64,000 bases of DNA from Nemertoderma westbladi (taxonomy: Eukaryota; Animalia; Xenacoelomorpha), in NCBI GenBank assembly GCA_032718475.1, contig JAUCBJ010006622.1, forward strand, positions 19,522 to 83,521, given 5' to 3'. Positions 11,547 through 23,907 of the stretch are shown here, piece after piece. The position numbers were made by a program, and so were the translations under genes. Under the pieces are notes generated by a model, which had not been told where the DNA came from, ran no database searches, and saw only the letters and a program-made list of their open reading frames with translations. Position 1 is the first letter of the stretch. Every line of letters starts with the position of its first letter.

Positions 11547-12608
11547 ATGGCCTTAACGCAAAAAACCGGAGCAACAAATAGCTGGAAATTTACTTACAAT
11601 AAATATACTTGTACCGTCGTTTACAGCAAGTATTTTATTGTGGAATCTCAGGAGGACAACGAATAAATTTGTTTTTCCCATCAAGATACCCGCTATTTGT
11701 TAGACATTCTAGAAACAACCAACAACCAACATCAATCCAGACCAGCAATTATACCAGGTAGGATATATCCCACTCTTCGTTTTGCGCGGGGAAATTTGAA
11801 TATTTCCATCAACCCTACATCGGGTGATGTTTACGTTCAGAAACAAGGCAAATGTAAAGTTCTCAACAAAGCTTTTACTGAAGTTCTAATTCAATACAGA
11901 GGGAAATTATTGCAATTTCTCTCTCCACCGCTAGAGATTATTAGCGATAAATTCTACATTGAATTATCAAATCCAGAGTTTATTGGATTTGTAACAGCTT
12001 TTAAAGGAACCAACTATGTTGGCTTATGGAAAATCAGCCTCAGATACACTGATAGTGTTGGTTTTAACTATTATACGGGTTTCAATTTGTCAAAACAGGA
12101 ACTAACCGTTTTGTTGCGAGAGTGGGACAACCAAGTCGATGAAACAGACAAGCATCTTTTTGATAAAAATATCATTCAATTATCAGACCGTCTCAAAATG
12201 ATTAAAACCAATAATAAAAAAATTATTATCACCAACACCGATAATTCTACTGAAGTAGGTTCCGGCGGAAATTCTATCGAGTTGCATTACTTGAATGATA
12301 AAGCCCATATTAGTTTTCTCAAAGAATCGATGGATGGTGTTTCTCTTACTGAAGCCCATGTTGACGGTTTTGTCCTTTTGGATAAACCTAAAGCGTTCGT
12401 AGAGATCCCATCACCTAATCCAGATGTTGAAGAGAGTTGCTCTCAACCGCAACAGGTCTTTCCTGAAATATTACCTCGGAAGCCAAGATCATCGAGTAAA
12501 TTTACCAACGCATCATCTGCAAAGAAACAGAAAGTTGTCAGTAACCCAGTTCTAGTAGAGCCTGTTACTAATTCTCCATGGAAACCAGTTTATTATCCTA
12601 ACATGTAA
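11547..12608 (+). pseudogene. Polinton ORF with PC4-like ssDNA-binding domain(s); one in-frame stop at 11664
   Basis: ATG 11547 is in frame with the 11697-12608 ORF; FVTAFKGTNYVGLWKI...TGFNLSKQELTVL resembles the PC4 core; C-terminal basic, low-complexity tail. Confidence 0.55.
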
Positions 12609-14562
12609 GCCTAATCATAAGTTAAACTCTTTGCGGTTTCCAATAGTCATAAGCGATTGGCGATTGGTTTAAAATTATTTCCCTCGCTAGCATATAAATG
12701 TTTAGATGTAGTCAATATCATATCATTTCATTTTATTTTAATCTTTGGAGATATTTTATTATTATTATTATTATTTATCTAAACAAACTTCAACATGGAT
12801 AAAATAACAATATGTTGTTCATTCTGTCATATGAATGTAACTAGACATAATTATTTACGCCACCTATGGTCACATTTTGAAAGTTATTCTTGTTTAAAGT
12901 GTCATGTCGTGACTTCATGCAGCGAAATTTGTAAACGACATGAAACGACTACTGGTTGTAAAGAAATGGAGTTCCGCACCTATCAATTGACTTGTTCTAC
13001 CTGTAATAAAGAGTATACATATGACAATTATTTACGACACGATTGTCACTTGAAATGTTACTACACAAGAAAGCGTAAATCTCCGCAACATAAAAATATA
13101 TTATCTAGAAAAAACTTAAGGGTGGCTCTTGGTACATGCGCAACAATTTTTACGCGGGAACAAGAAGCTCACGATAATCGTCTTGAAATTTATGTCCACG
13201 ACCTCCCAACTTCTAGAGATTATCCCGATGTAGAAACAGCAGTGACGCAATTTCGAGGTAATATTCTTCAGTTAATATTAGATAGATTGAAAGAAATGAA
13301 TGTTCTTAGACTGTGGTTAGGTCTAAATGTATTAATGTACAGGTCACATTTTTCAGAAGGTGAGCAATTGGAAACCTTTTATTTTAATTCTTCCGGTGGT
13401 GCTATTAATACTGTAGATTCGCCGCAAAGTTTTGACACATGGTTTGAGTATGTGCTGGGGAATATATTACAAAAAATAGCCATCTTTAACACACGTGGTT
13501 CTGGGTGGCGTATTAAATCTTTATTAAGGGTTGAAATTAAATTAGCTGAATCTAAGTGTAGGTCGTTACTATATAAGGGGCATGGGTATATGGAATTACC
13601 TAAAGCTCTATCAGGTAAACAGTGTGTTATAAATGTACAATCGGCTGATAATGACTGTTTTAAATGGGCAATTATATCTGCAAAATTTAGTAGCAAAGTG
13701 AAAAACAACAAACAGCGTACTTCATCGTACAAAAATTATATGACTCATTTCATTTTTGACAACGGGAACAAAGATTATCCAACAGAGTGGCAGTTAGCAA
13801 TTAAACTTTTTGAAAAACAAAATTCAAAATATATAATTAATTTACTATGTTGGAATAACGACAACAAACACACCCCGGTATCTATATTAAGACAACCTCC
13901 GTTTAGTAAAATTACACGTGATAAACAGTTATTAAATATATTACTTGTAGTAAAAAATAACAATGTACCTAAACTGAATCATTATGTTTGCATAACTAAC
14001 TTGAATCGATTGCTGAATACGAGAGCACTTCATATCAGGAATAGGAAATATTGCGAAAGGTGTTTGGCTCATTTTTTTCAAGCGGAAGTTCTTCATCGAC
14101 ACCGTCTCGCCTGCTACCAAGGAAGAAGTCAGCGCGAGAAACTACCTAATAAAAAAAGAACACACATTAGTTTTACAAATTTAGATAGAACCTTATCCCC
14201 ATTGTTTGTCACCTACTTTGATATAGAATGTATCTTACAACCGTCAGTTAATAATCAAATTATACAGGAGCATATACCGTGTGCTGTGAGTTATTTAATT
14301 GTTCCCAATACTGAATTAATTGATGCTCCAAAATGTCATTTGAAAACATTCGTAAAGTCAAATAATAATAATTGTATTCAAGATTTCTTAGATTCATTAT
14401 ATACTGATTTAACTGAATTATGTTGTTGGTCAGAAATATACACACATAAAACTATGTCATTTACTATTGATTTTGTAAATTTTGAACAAGCAAAATTTTG
14501 TTTTTATTGTAATGTTACTTTAAATAATAATGTTGGGAAAAACAGACACCATTCACATATTA

Positions 14563-14939
14563 GGGGCCGTCCAAGTATGACGTCTGCACTTTTCTCCAAA
14601 ATGTTGACCCCCTCCCTCCCCTAAATCAGATGTCATCAGATAGGCGTTGACACCCCCCCTCCCCTAAATCAGATTAAAAAAAAATGTTCGCGTGCTAATC
14701 ACTGAAACATGGTGACTGGTAACTGAAACAGAAGGTTGTGCTACGGGCCTTCTGGGGCTTCGAACAATTAAAATAGGCAAGCTAATTACTCTTCTGCTAT
14801 ATATCTTCTAGCACCTATAAATGAACATGCTGACGTCAGATTTTGGCTGACCCCCTCCCCTCCCCTCATCAGCACGTCATCAGATTTTCCCAACCCCCCT
14901 CCCCACCTGAAAGTGCTGACGTCATACTTGGACGGCCCC
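14563..14939. mobile_element. PIF/Harbinger-type MITE inside pPolB
   Basis: TIR ggggccgtccaagtatgacgtc / gacgtcatacttggacggcccc; 3-bp TSD TTA (14560-62, 14940-42); removal restores HHSHITGKYIAAACNSCN in frame. Confidence 0.92.
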
Positions 14940-16083
14940 TTACAGGTAAATATATTGCGGCAGCCTGTAATAGTTGTAACCGAAGTTTATCATTGAAACG
15001 ATACCTGTATGTACTTTGCGGGCACAATTCCAACAATTACGATATACATTGTATATTACAAAGCGGATTTAGAGATAAGAAATACACAGATTGGGATATA
15101 AAGGTTATACCGAGAAATACAGAACGATATATTTCACTGAGTGCCTTTATCCCAATTAAAAACACTTCTAAGAAAATTGAGTTACGTTTCTTAGACACAT
15201 ATCAATTTTTAAGCTTTTCTTTAAGTAATTTAGTTGAGTGTTCAACAAAGGATGTAGCCAGTCATGATATAAGCTCAATTTTACCTATTACTCTACAAGA
15301 AATGAAATATTTTTATCCAAACTTGAATAACTCAACGATTAAACGGAAAGGAGTATTTCCATACGAGTACTTGACAGATATAAATAAATTTAATGATACT
15401 GGTTTGCCGTCTATAAATAATTTTTTTAGTAACTTAAGTCAAAAAACATGCACAATTGAAGATTATAGGTTTGCGGGAATATCATGGGTAGAATTCGACT
15501 GTGTGAATCTCAAAAGATTATCTTTTAGCCTATTTAAAACTCGATGTTTGTTTGCTTGCCGATATATTTGAGAATTTTAGGAATGTTTGTAAACAAAATT
15601 ACGATTTAGAAGCGGTTTTTTACTGTCGTATCGCGTCATTTACCTATGATTGCGCGCTAAAATATAATAAATGTAAAATAGAATTAATAAAGGATTATCA
15701 GACATATAGAGATTTTGAAAAATCAATTAGGGGTGGTGTTTCATTTTGTCGAAAACATTATATAGAATCAAATATACCAGGTACAAGTACATATGATTCT
15801 ACTAAGGAAGAATGCCATATTTTTAATATTGATTTCAACTCTTTATATTCTGGGAATTTAAGTAAAAAACTGAAGATTCAAAGAAGTAAGTATTAAACAA
15901 CAAAAAGTTTACCACGAGCTAGAGGTAACGAGTTTTATTGCTCACCGTGTTTAAGTAGACCCGGTCGTGACACTGCTGTACTGCTGTACTGACGGACTGA
16001 GGCTGACAGATAGCAGACACCTTGGCGCCAATATTAGGATTCTTGGCTGCGGTTTTGGTTTTTTTGGTTTTTGGGTTTTCGAA

Positions 16084-19000
16084 ATGGGGAGGTGTTGTGG
16101 GTGCAATAACTTGATTGGCAAATGCAAGAAATGCGTTTGCGCTCACGCCAAGCGGGCCTGCGAAAAGTGTGGTCCGGGGACAACAGGGCGGTGCGAAAAC
16201 CCCTTCGGAACCGGTCAATCCTGTTCTCAGCCGACAGCGTCAGCGTTGTCAACAGTTGACTGTCAGGTGGCGCCTGCACGCATATCTTCCTCGCAACCGT
16301 TGGATCTGAATGTTACCTCTCCAGATGAAACCCTAACGGATCTAGACAATACTCTCGGTCCAAACGGGTCGATCAACCCGACATCACGGCGCCTGATGCT
16401 GGGGTGACCGAGGTCGTGGGATCCACAGAGGAGTTGAATGGCGCCGAACCGTCTACAGCGCCGCCAACAAGTGCAGCCTCGTCTACAGCGCCCCCGACCG
16501 GCGCTGCCTCGGATACAGCGCCCCTGACAGGCGCCGCCTCGTCTACCGCGCCCCTGACAGGCGCCGCCTCGGCTACAGTGCCCCCGACAGGCGCCGCCAC
16601 GTCTACAGCGCCACCGGCGGGCGCCACCTCGGCTACAGCGCCCCCGACAGGCGCCGCCTCGTCTACTGCGCCCCCGACAGGCGCCGCCTCGGATACAGCG
16701 CCCCCAACAGCCGCCGCCTCGTCTACAGTGCCCGCGACAGGCGCCTCCTCGTCTACAGCGCCCCGAACTGGCGCCGCCTCGATTACAGCGACCCCGACAG
16801 TTGCCTCCTCGTCCACAGTGTCCACGACAGGCGCCGCCTTTCCTAGCCCACTATCTAAGTCCTGGCCCCCATGTAATATTGCATCACAGAATTATGGGCT
16901 CCACGCGGACCCAGACGAACTCATGTTAAGAGCATTTGGCACCACACTTGTGGGCAAAGGGACCCCACCTGATGGGCTAATGGATCAATGGCGACGGATA
17001 ACCCAACTAAAAGGGTCTAAATATCGACTGCCCGGAGGCGCTATAGGGCGGGATGTAGTCTCGCTCTTGGACGCAGAGGCCAAGGCCTTTGTTTCCGGTC
17101 TGAACCATAATGCGACCAACGTTCGCTCCGAGAGACTACTACTAGCCGACTCCCTCATCCTACACCGCGATCCGAAGGTAACCAAGGCCGCAGACATACG
17201 ACGGCTAATAAGCCGGAGGTTGGGGATGTGGCGCTCCAGCCAGGTAGAGATGTTGGTCGTTGAGGCTGAACGCTGCTCACTGCGAATTGGCTCCAACAGG
17301 CGATCAACCACGAAGTCGAACCAGCAGGAAAAAGAACAGACTATTCGAATTTTCTCTAGGCTCATGATGGAAGGGAAGGTAAGGAGTGCTGTTCGCTGGG
17401 TCACGGGGCGTGAGACCGGTAGTGTTCTAGATCCGGAATCGGAAATCGAAGTAAACCAACAGCGGGTGAGAGTCCTTGATGTTCTCAGCGAGAAGCATCC
17501 AGCAGCAGCTGCACCCAAAGCCGAGGCCTTATTAGTGTGTGATGATGAGTTGCCACTTCGGGTTGATGTCGAGATCACAGCTGCGCACATAGAATCGACA
17601 GCGCGGCGACTGAAAGGGAGTGGTGGGCCAGCCGGCAGCGACTCAACACGCTGGCGGGACTACCTTATCCGGTATGGGGCACATAGCCAGCGTTTACGCG
17701 AATCTATTGCCTCTATTGCGTGTTCACTTGCCAACAGTGTAGTGCCATGGGAATCAGTTCGGTCGCTGATGGCTAGCAGACTTATTGCCCTCGATAAGTG
17801 CCCCGGGGTTAGGCCCATAGGCATAGGGGAGTGCCTCCGCCGAATCTTGGGTAGATCAATGGCAGAAGCAACTGGAGATGATATCACCACTACGTGTGGC
17901 GCAGAGCAGTTATCTGCGGGCGTGATGGCAGGTGTGGAGGCCGGGGTACATTCAATGCGCTCAGTCTTCGACGAACATAGTGAGGATGGATGGGGCATTA
18001 TTATGGTTGATGCAGCTAATGCCTTCAACTCGCTGAACCGAGTCGCAGCCTTGTGGAACGTCAGGCAGCTGTGGCCTCGATGTTCAATGTTTCTCTTCAA
18101 CTGTTACCGTGGACACAGCATTCTGACAATAAAGGGAACCGATGCTGTGCTGTTCAGCGAAGAGGGTGTAACACAAGGAGATCCTTTAGCTATGCCTTTT
18201 TACGCTTCAGGCATCCTCCCTTTAATCCACGAGTTGCCATCACTTAAGGTTCGCCAAAGTTGGTTCGCTGACGACTCTTCTGGTGCCGGAAAGCTCCAGG
18301 ATATTCTCGAGTGGTACGAGCACTTACTTCGTCTGGGCCCCGCTCTCGGATATTACCCTCAGTCCGCCAAGAGCTTTCTCGTTGTGGCTCCAGAGTTTCT
18401 GGAGGAAGCCCAAAGTGTATTCGCCGAGCACAATATTAACATCGTTACAGGACACCGATTTCTGGGCGGGTTTATTGGTAGCGAGTCGGAGTGTGTGAAG
18501 TATGTCGGCGCCAAAATCGCATCCTGGGTAGCCTCAGTTGACAAGATGGCCGAGGTGGTGGAGGCCCAACCCCACGCTGCTTTCTCAGCCGTAGTTTGCT
18601 CACTCCAACGGGAGTGGGCATACCTCCAACGCGTTGTCCCAGACTGCAGCAGTCAGTTCGATGTGCTAGAGGAAGCGATCAGCGATAGGTTCCTGCCGGC
18701 AGTCTTCGATGGGCGAATTTCGCAACCAGAACTCAAGTTGTTTGCCCTGTCTCCGCGAATGGGTGGTCTGGGGTTGCGGAACCCGGTTAACGAGGCCGAT
18801 ACCAACTTTGCTGTATCAGAACTTGGGACACAGTCGCTGGTGAACGCGATCGCCGGGAAGGAGCCATTCTCCTTAGCCACCCACCTGAAGTGCATGGAGG
18901 GAGCGCGCATGACATCTCGGAAAGAGAGGCAGGGTATGGAGAAAGCCCAGCAGGAGGAAGCGTTGGAAGGAATGGCGGAGCACCAGCGTGTCGCTGTCCA

Positions 19001-19760
19001 ACGGGCGGCGGAGTTCAGGACCGGTGGCTGGCTATCCTCTCTTCCGGTAGCCGAACACCAGTTTGACCTCTCACCCCGGGAGTTTAGGGACGCTGTGGCT
19101 GTCCGGTATGGTAGACCCCTCGTAGGTGTCCCTTGCAGATGCGACGGTTGTGGCGCTGGGTTTGATCTCAACCACGGGTTGAATTGTAAGAAGGGTGGTC
19201 TAGTGATTCAGCGTCACAACGAGCTCCGCGACGCAGTCGGTGACCTCGCGGCCCTGGCATTTGGACCACGAAACGTTATGCTCGAGCCAGTGGTCCGCGA
19301 GCAGCACGAGGATGGCGGCGGGGCTGGTCTGCGATGCGATGTCGGCATTAGGGGAGCGTTCAGTACCCAGACACAGGCGTTGATTGACATACGTACAATT
19401 AACCTTGACGCCGTGTCTTATGCTGGGCGCTCCGTGAGGTCGGTATTGGAGTCGGCGGAAGAGGAGAAGAAACGCTTATATACAGCCGCAGTTTCCGCCC
19501 GCCGAGGTGATTTCTCCCCTTTCGTCGCCTCATGCGACGGCATACTGGCACCGCAGGCCAATAAGCTGTTGCGAATCATCGCAGACCGCCTACACACCAA
19601 CTGGGGGAAACCATACAGTTTGGTAATGGGGTGGGTGCGCGTACGCATATCGTTCGCGATAATCCGCGGCACTTCCCATTGCCTGCGAGGGTCGCGGGTG
19701 AGATGGCGAAGTGGTTTGGGGCTTGAGGACGGCGCCGGGATACCAGGGGGCTTTGCTTAG
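16084..19760 (+). CDS. CRE-like polyprotein: Cys-rich N-terminus, Thr/Ala/Pro linker, RT, CCHC + RLE (one frameshift near 16380)
   Basis: MGRCCGCN..CKKCVC..CEKC..RCEN from ATG 16084; ALDKCPGVRPIGIGE, DAANAFN, QGDPLAM, WFADDS; CDGC..H..NCKKGG..RHNELRD, RCDV, IDIRT, EEEKKRLY. Confidence 0.88.
16440..16840 (+). repeat. 30-bp coding tandem repeat (TAPPTGAASS)n, ~13 units
   Basis: tctacagcgcccccgacaggcgccgcctcg unit repeated in frame. Confidence 0.95.
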
Positions 19761-21141
19761 AGTGTTTGATCGATTATGCGGGGACTGGTATGGTATATTA
19801 CATAATTATTGCTCATTGTAACTGTGTAATGGAGTTGTTACCATCTGTACTACATGCAATATGCTATTGATCATTTAGTGCGTTTTTGCGAAAATATATA
19901 GTAGACCCGGTGGTAGATTTAGACATTGAGGGATCTACTGGATATTTTTTAATATGTGATTTAAATTATCCCAAGGCTATTCACGATCAAACATTACAAT
20001 TACCGTTAGCCCCCGAGCATTTAAGTATAAATGAATCAATGCTTTCACCTTATATGCGGGAACAATTTAATAACTTGTCAATACAAAGAGATACCTCCCG
20101 TAAATATAGAATGTCTATACCAAAACTCATGCTGACACAATTTGATAAAGAGTTTTATCATTTACATTTGAAACTGTTAAAATTTTATATAAAACATGGA
20201 TTAATTGTTACTAAACTACATAAATTATATTCTTTTCAACAAGAATTTGTATTTAAAAATTACATCGATTTTAATATTAATCAAAGGCGACTGGCAAAAA
20301 GTTACATTGAAACAGCTGTCGCGAAATTGCTCAATAATTCGCTGTTTGGCAAATCAATAGAAAAGATAAGAGATCGATGTAACTTTCGTATCGCAAATAG
20401 CAACGATAAATGCGATCAATTGGTAAATCGTATTAATCATGAACAATTTATAATATACAATAATACACTATCGGGACATTTATTAGTGAAAGACTCTGTA
20501 ACTCTCGATAAGCCTATATTTATTGGTAGCACTGTGTTGGACTTGGCTAAATTGGATATGTATGATCTGTATTACAATAAATTGCTACCTATTGAGAAAG
20601 AATTAAACTGCCGTATTGAAATTGCTGCATCAGACACTGACTCTTTGATAGGTTGTTACTATAATACATCGCAGAATAATTTTTTAAAAGCATTAATTAA
20701 AAATAATATTTTAGATACATCCAATTACCCTAAGGATCACCCGCTCTACAGCGATAAAAATAAATCCAGACTCTATTACTGTAAAGACGAACTAGCCTCA
20801 CGTGAAATTAAACAAGCAGTATTTTTAAGACCAAAATTATATTCAATTTTGGAATGGAATAATAAAAATATTCGTAGAGCAAAGGTATTACAAGAGCTGT
20901 TGTGGAAACGAATATTACACATGAAGAATATTTAAAAGCATATAACTCAAATGAAGAAATAAAAAAAACATACACAGATTTCAATCTAAATTACATCGTA
21001 TTTATACCTTAAAGCAAAATAAATTTGCACTCAGTAGCTTTGATGATAAACTTTATTGGCTTAATAAAAATCAATCGCTTCCTTGGGGGCACTATAAAAC
21101 AAACCTCAAAAAACCTATAAAAATATCAAATATACCAATTT

Positions 21142-21723
21142 ATGAAGAACCAAAAGACGACGGTGTTGATGATGAATTATCAAATAGTAAATAAAAATAT
21201 AAGTTGTAAGCAGATTATTTATGGACTTAATTTGAAAGAATTAAAAAAGCAATTGAATGGTAAAATTGTACTCAAACCTAATCAGTTTATATATAAGGTA
21301 TTTGGTGCAACCATATTAATGTTTACAAATGGACGAATAATAATTCTCGGTAGAAAATATAATTTTAATAAAGTGAAAAAACATATATTAGAAAAAACAA
21401 ACATTAATTTGATTTTTAAATCAATCAATTTGTGTACTTATATTTTTAGTATCGATACTGTAATTTATAGGTTACTTATAAATAATATCGGGTTTTATGT
21501 TATATTTGATAATGTTAAACTAGAAATTTCATACGACCCTGAAATATTCAATAACTGTAAAGTCAGAATAAATAATATTGTTGTTGTTTGCTGTTTCTAC
21601 ACTGGTAAATGTACATTAATGTGTTCCCCGTTTAAATTTCATATATATTATCCTATTTTCAACAAGCTGGTTAATAATTTATTATTGTTTGGTGTGGGGG
21701 TTTTTGATGTAAAATATAATTAG
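21142..21723 (+). CDS. TATA-box-binding protein (TBP)-like protein
   Basis: Two TBP-like repeats: YQIVN...LNLKEL...ATILMFTNGRIIILG and FKSIN...ISYDPEIF...VVCCFYTGKCTLM; likely start 21169/21172, overlapping the pPolB stop. Confidence 0.72.
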   Translation: MKNQKTTVLMMNYQIVNKNISCKQIIYGLNLKELKKQLNGKIVLKPNQFIYKVFGATILMFTNGRIIILGRKYNFNKVKKHILEKTNINLIFKSINLCTYIFSIDTVIYRLLINNIGFYVIFDNVKLEISYDPEIFNNCKVRINNIVVVCCFYTGKCTLMCSPFKFHIYYPIFNKLVNNLLLFGVGVFDVKYN

Positions 21724-22412
21724 TACCGGTACGAGTGAAATTTATTGTTGTTGTTGCTTTTTGGTGGTGGAGATTTTTACTGTAAAATATATATATTAAA
21801 TTGAAGGGAGAAGAAATTGATGAATATTTTTTTAAAATCAACAACTAGTTTGAGGGGGAAATTAACTTCAGTAGAGCGATTGTTTCTTGTAACACTCAAG
21901 TAGACATAGTATACTCAGCAGCCGCGGCTAGCTAGCTAGCTAACTTGGCATTGTTGCTCACGAGTGAGCCACAATAGCGCATCTGTTACTTATGAGTGTG
22001 CGTGTGTACAGCAGGCAACGCTAAGCTCGGTGAGAAAAGATTAGGGGTATGTGCTGGTATTCATAGTCAAAGACGATGCCATCCTATCTGTTACTAGTCT
22101 GTATATCGGTACATATCATTAAAACATCCGCTATGCATCTCCCTACATTCAGAATAGAACAATGAACAGAGCATATATCGCTAATCCTCATGGGAAAGGT
22201 TTATGTTGTGCATTTTGTTAACTATGTGAATTTTGTAATGTACACATCTGCGACCCTCTACAAAAATATATATAAACTCAATTTTTCTAACAGTGAACTA
22301 TAATTTTGTTTCCCTACTGTAAAATAAATACCGGTATAGACTAGGCTTAAGTTATCTTCATATTTGAAAAACTAACCTTAACAAACTTCAGTTCCGACAA
22401 CCAACATCTAAG

Positions 22413-22778
22413 ATGGCATTTTCTTTCATTGAAAATAGCAGCAGCGACTGTTTATTAAAATTTGATGTTGATGGAGACGACCTTTACTTTACATCCTTAA
22501 ATGTAACCGAATTACATTTAAAAAACAACAACGGAGAAATAACAATAATGGTTAAAAATAAAACCATGGGCAGCCAAGATCACTAAGCCAGATTGACGAC
22601 CAATAAAAACTTCAATTTAAACGTTAGAGTACAACCTGGAGCGACGCATCAGATATGCCTAGATAATTATAGTAGGGGAGAAAACTGGGATGAACATGAA
22701 CATGAAGATATAGCCGCGGCAGCTCAAGTTCCAATACCAAATCTACTACTTCCCACCGATCCGAGAATACGTCAGTAG
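22413..22778 (+). pseudogene. Small Polinton ORF of unknown function with one in-frame stop (22584-22586)
   Basis: ATG 22413 (MAFSFIENSS...) is in frame with the 22593-22778 ORF; TATATAAA ~140 bp upstream. Confidence 0.35.
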
Positions 22779-23907
22779 ACTCGTCTGCTCGTACAGCAAG
22801 TAGACTCATAGGTCTATATAATTAGTCACGTCTGTTACGTAGAGGGCTAATGTGTGTTACCGGTATCAGTAGGTTTTTGTATTGTATTGTATTGTATATT
22901 TTATATTTTATATCTAATTAAAAAAAAAGCGAATACATAAATAAACTAACTATGTTTTATATAGGCCCCCGTCAACATAGAGTGAATGTTAGTAACAGAG
23001 AATGTGGTGGATTTTATATAGGCTTAGTTAGGTATACTGCGGGCCACACCTATTGTATCCGCGTGGAGCCATTATATGACTGGTTGAATGATGGGGTTCC
23101 TGACTAAAAGTTAATGGTATAGCATACAACATAAAGTGAATGTTGAAAGTTAGTAACAGAGAGTGTGAGGGGATTTTATAGGTCCAATAGCGCTACCAGT
23201 ACCTAACTACACCTATTGTGTCTGTGAGGTAGTCAGCTTTCAGTTGAGGAGTAGTCATTAGGCCTATATGCCTAACCGAATGAAGGTGTACCTTACCTAT
23301 CCGTAAACCATATTGGGTCAACATGCGAAAAAGGGCCCCACATAAAGTTAACTATAGCTGTATAGGCTTACCTATGCAACAGTAGCACGCAGTAATGTAG
23401 ATTAGACCAATTAAAGTTGTAAACAGAAAATTGGAAACATTCAAGTGTAATAGCCTAATCCTTAAATCAAAGAAACCAGCATGCTCTTGCGCTATCCAAG
23501 TATACAGGTACAAGAGTGCTATGGTGCCGGTACCAGTAGGCCTATTGTTAGGTGGGCCTCCTCTAATGCTGTATTCACGAACCCGCATGTCGACTTAATT
23601 TAATTTTATTATTAGTAAGTACGGTACCGGTAACGCTAAAGCTCTGTGGTTGCTGTCGGGGGCCATTCTGCCGTTCTACAGTTTAGCGTTGTTGGCATAT
23701 GTAGTAAAATCAGCTAGCTACTGGTAGTTAAACTCTGATACAACCGCCGGCTACCGGTAGGTGCAGGGTGTTTGTGTGTGTGTGTAAACTTAAGCCCTAC
23801 ACCTTTAGTCAAACTGAGATATAAAAAATAGATTTTAATGTTTTTATTATTTTTATTGACATTAAAACAATTATATTATCCCATCACATTACATGCTTAG
23901 AGTAAAC

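Larger units (their letters stand above)
15911..19913 (+). mobile_element. RLE-type non-LTR retrotransposon (CRE-like clade) inserted in pPolB
   Basis: GC-rich block in AT-rich Polinton; single polyprotein with RT and restriction-like endonuclease; pPolB reading resumes at ~19914; ends are approximate. Confidence 0.88.
12795..21194 (+). pseudogene. pPolB: Protein-primed family B DNA polymerase, disrupted
   Basis: N-terminal C2H2 fingers; GSGW; DNDCFKWA; ExoI YFDIEC; EndoVII-like CFYC..HHSHITGKY..CNSCN; GHNSNNYD; RFLDTY; RKGVFPYEY; motif A IDFNSLY; motif B KLLNNSLFGK; motif C ASDTDS; C-terminal ALSSFDDK..PWGH. Split by insertions at 14563-14939 and ~15911-19913; frameshifts near 15515, 15873, 20883 and 20970. 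Confidence 0.95.

Noticed and set aside
14843-14942. Apparent N-terminus MADPLPSP of the 242-aa ORF
   Set aside because: Derived from the MITE; the rest of the ORF is pPolB
15868-15900. CTGAAGA hammerhead-like core near the CRE 5' end
   Set aside because: No GAAA partner or stems, and the sequence reads as pPolB
16373-19672. Several long minus-strand ORFs
   Set aside because: Antisense shadows of the GC-rich CRE-like ORF and its 30-bp repeat
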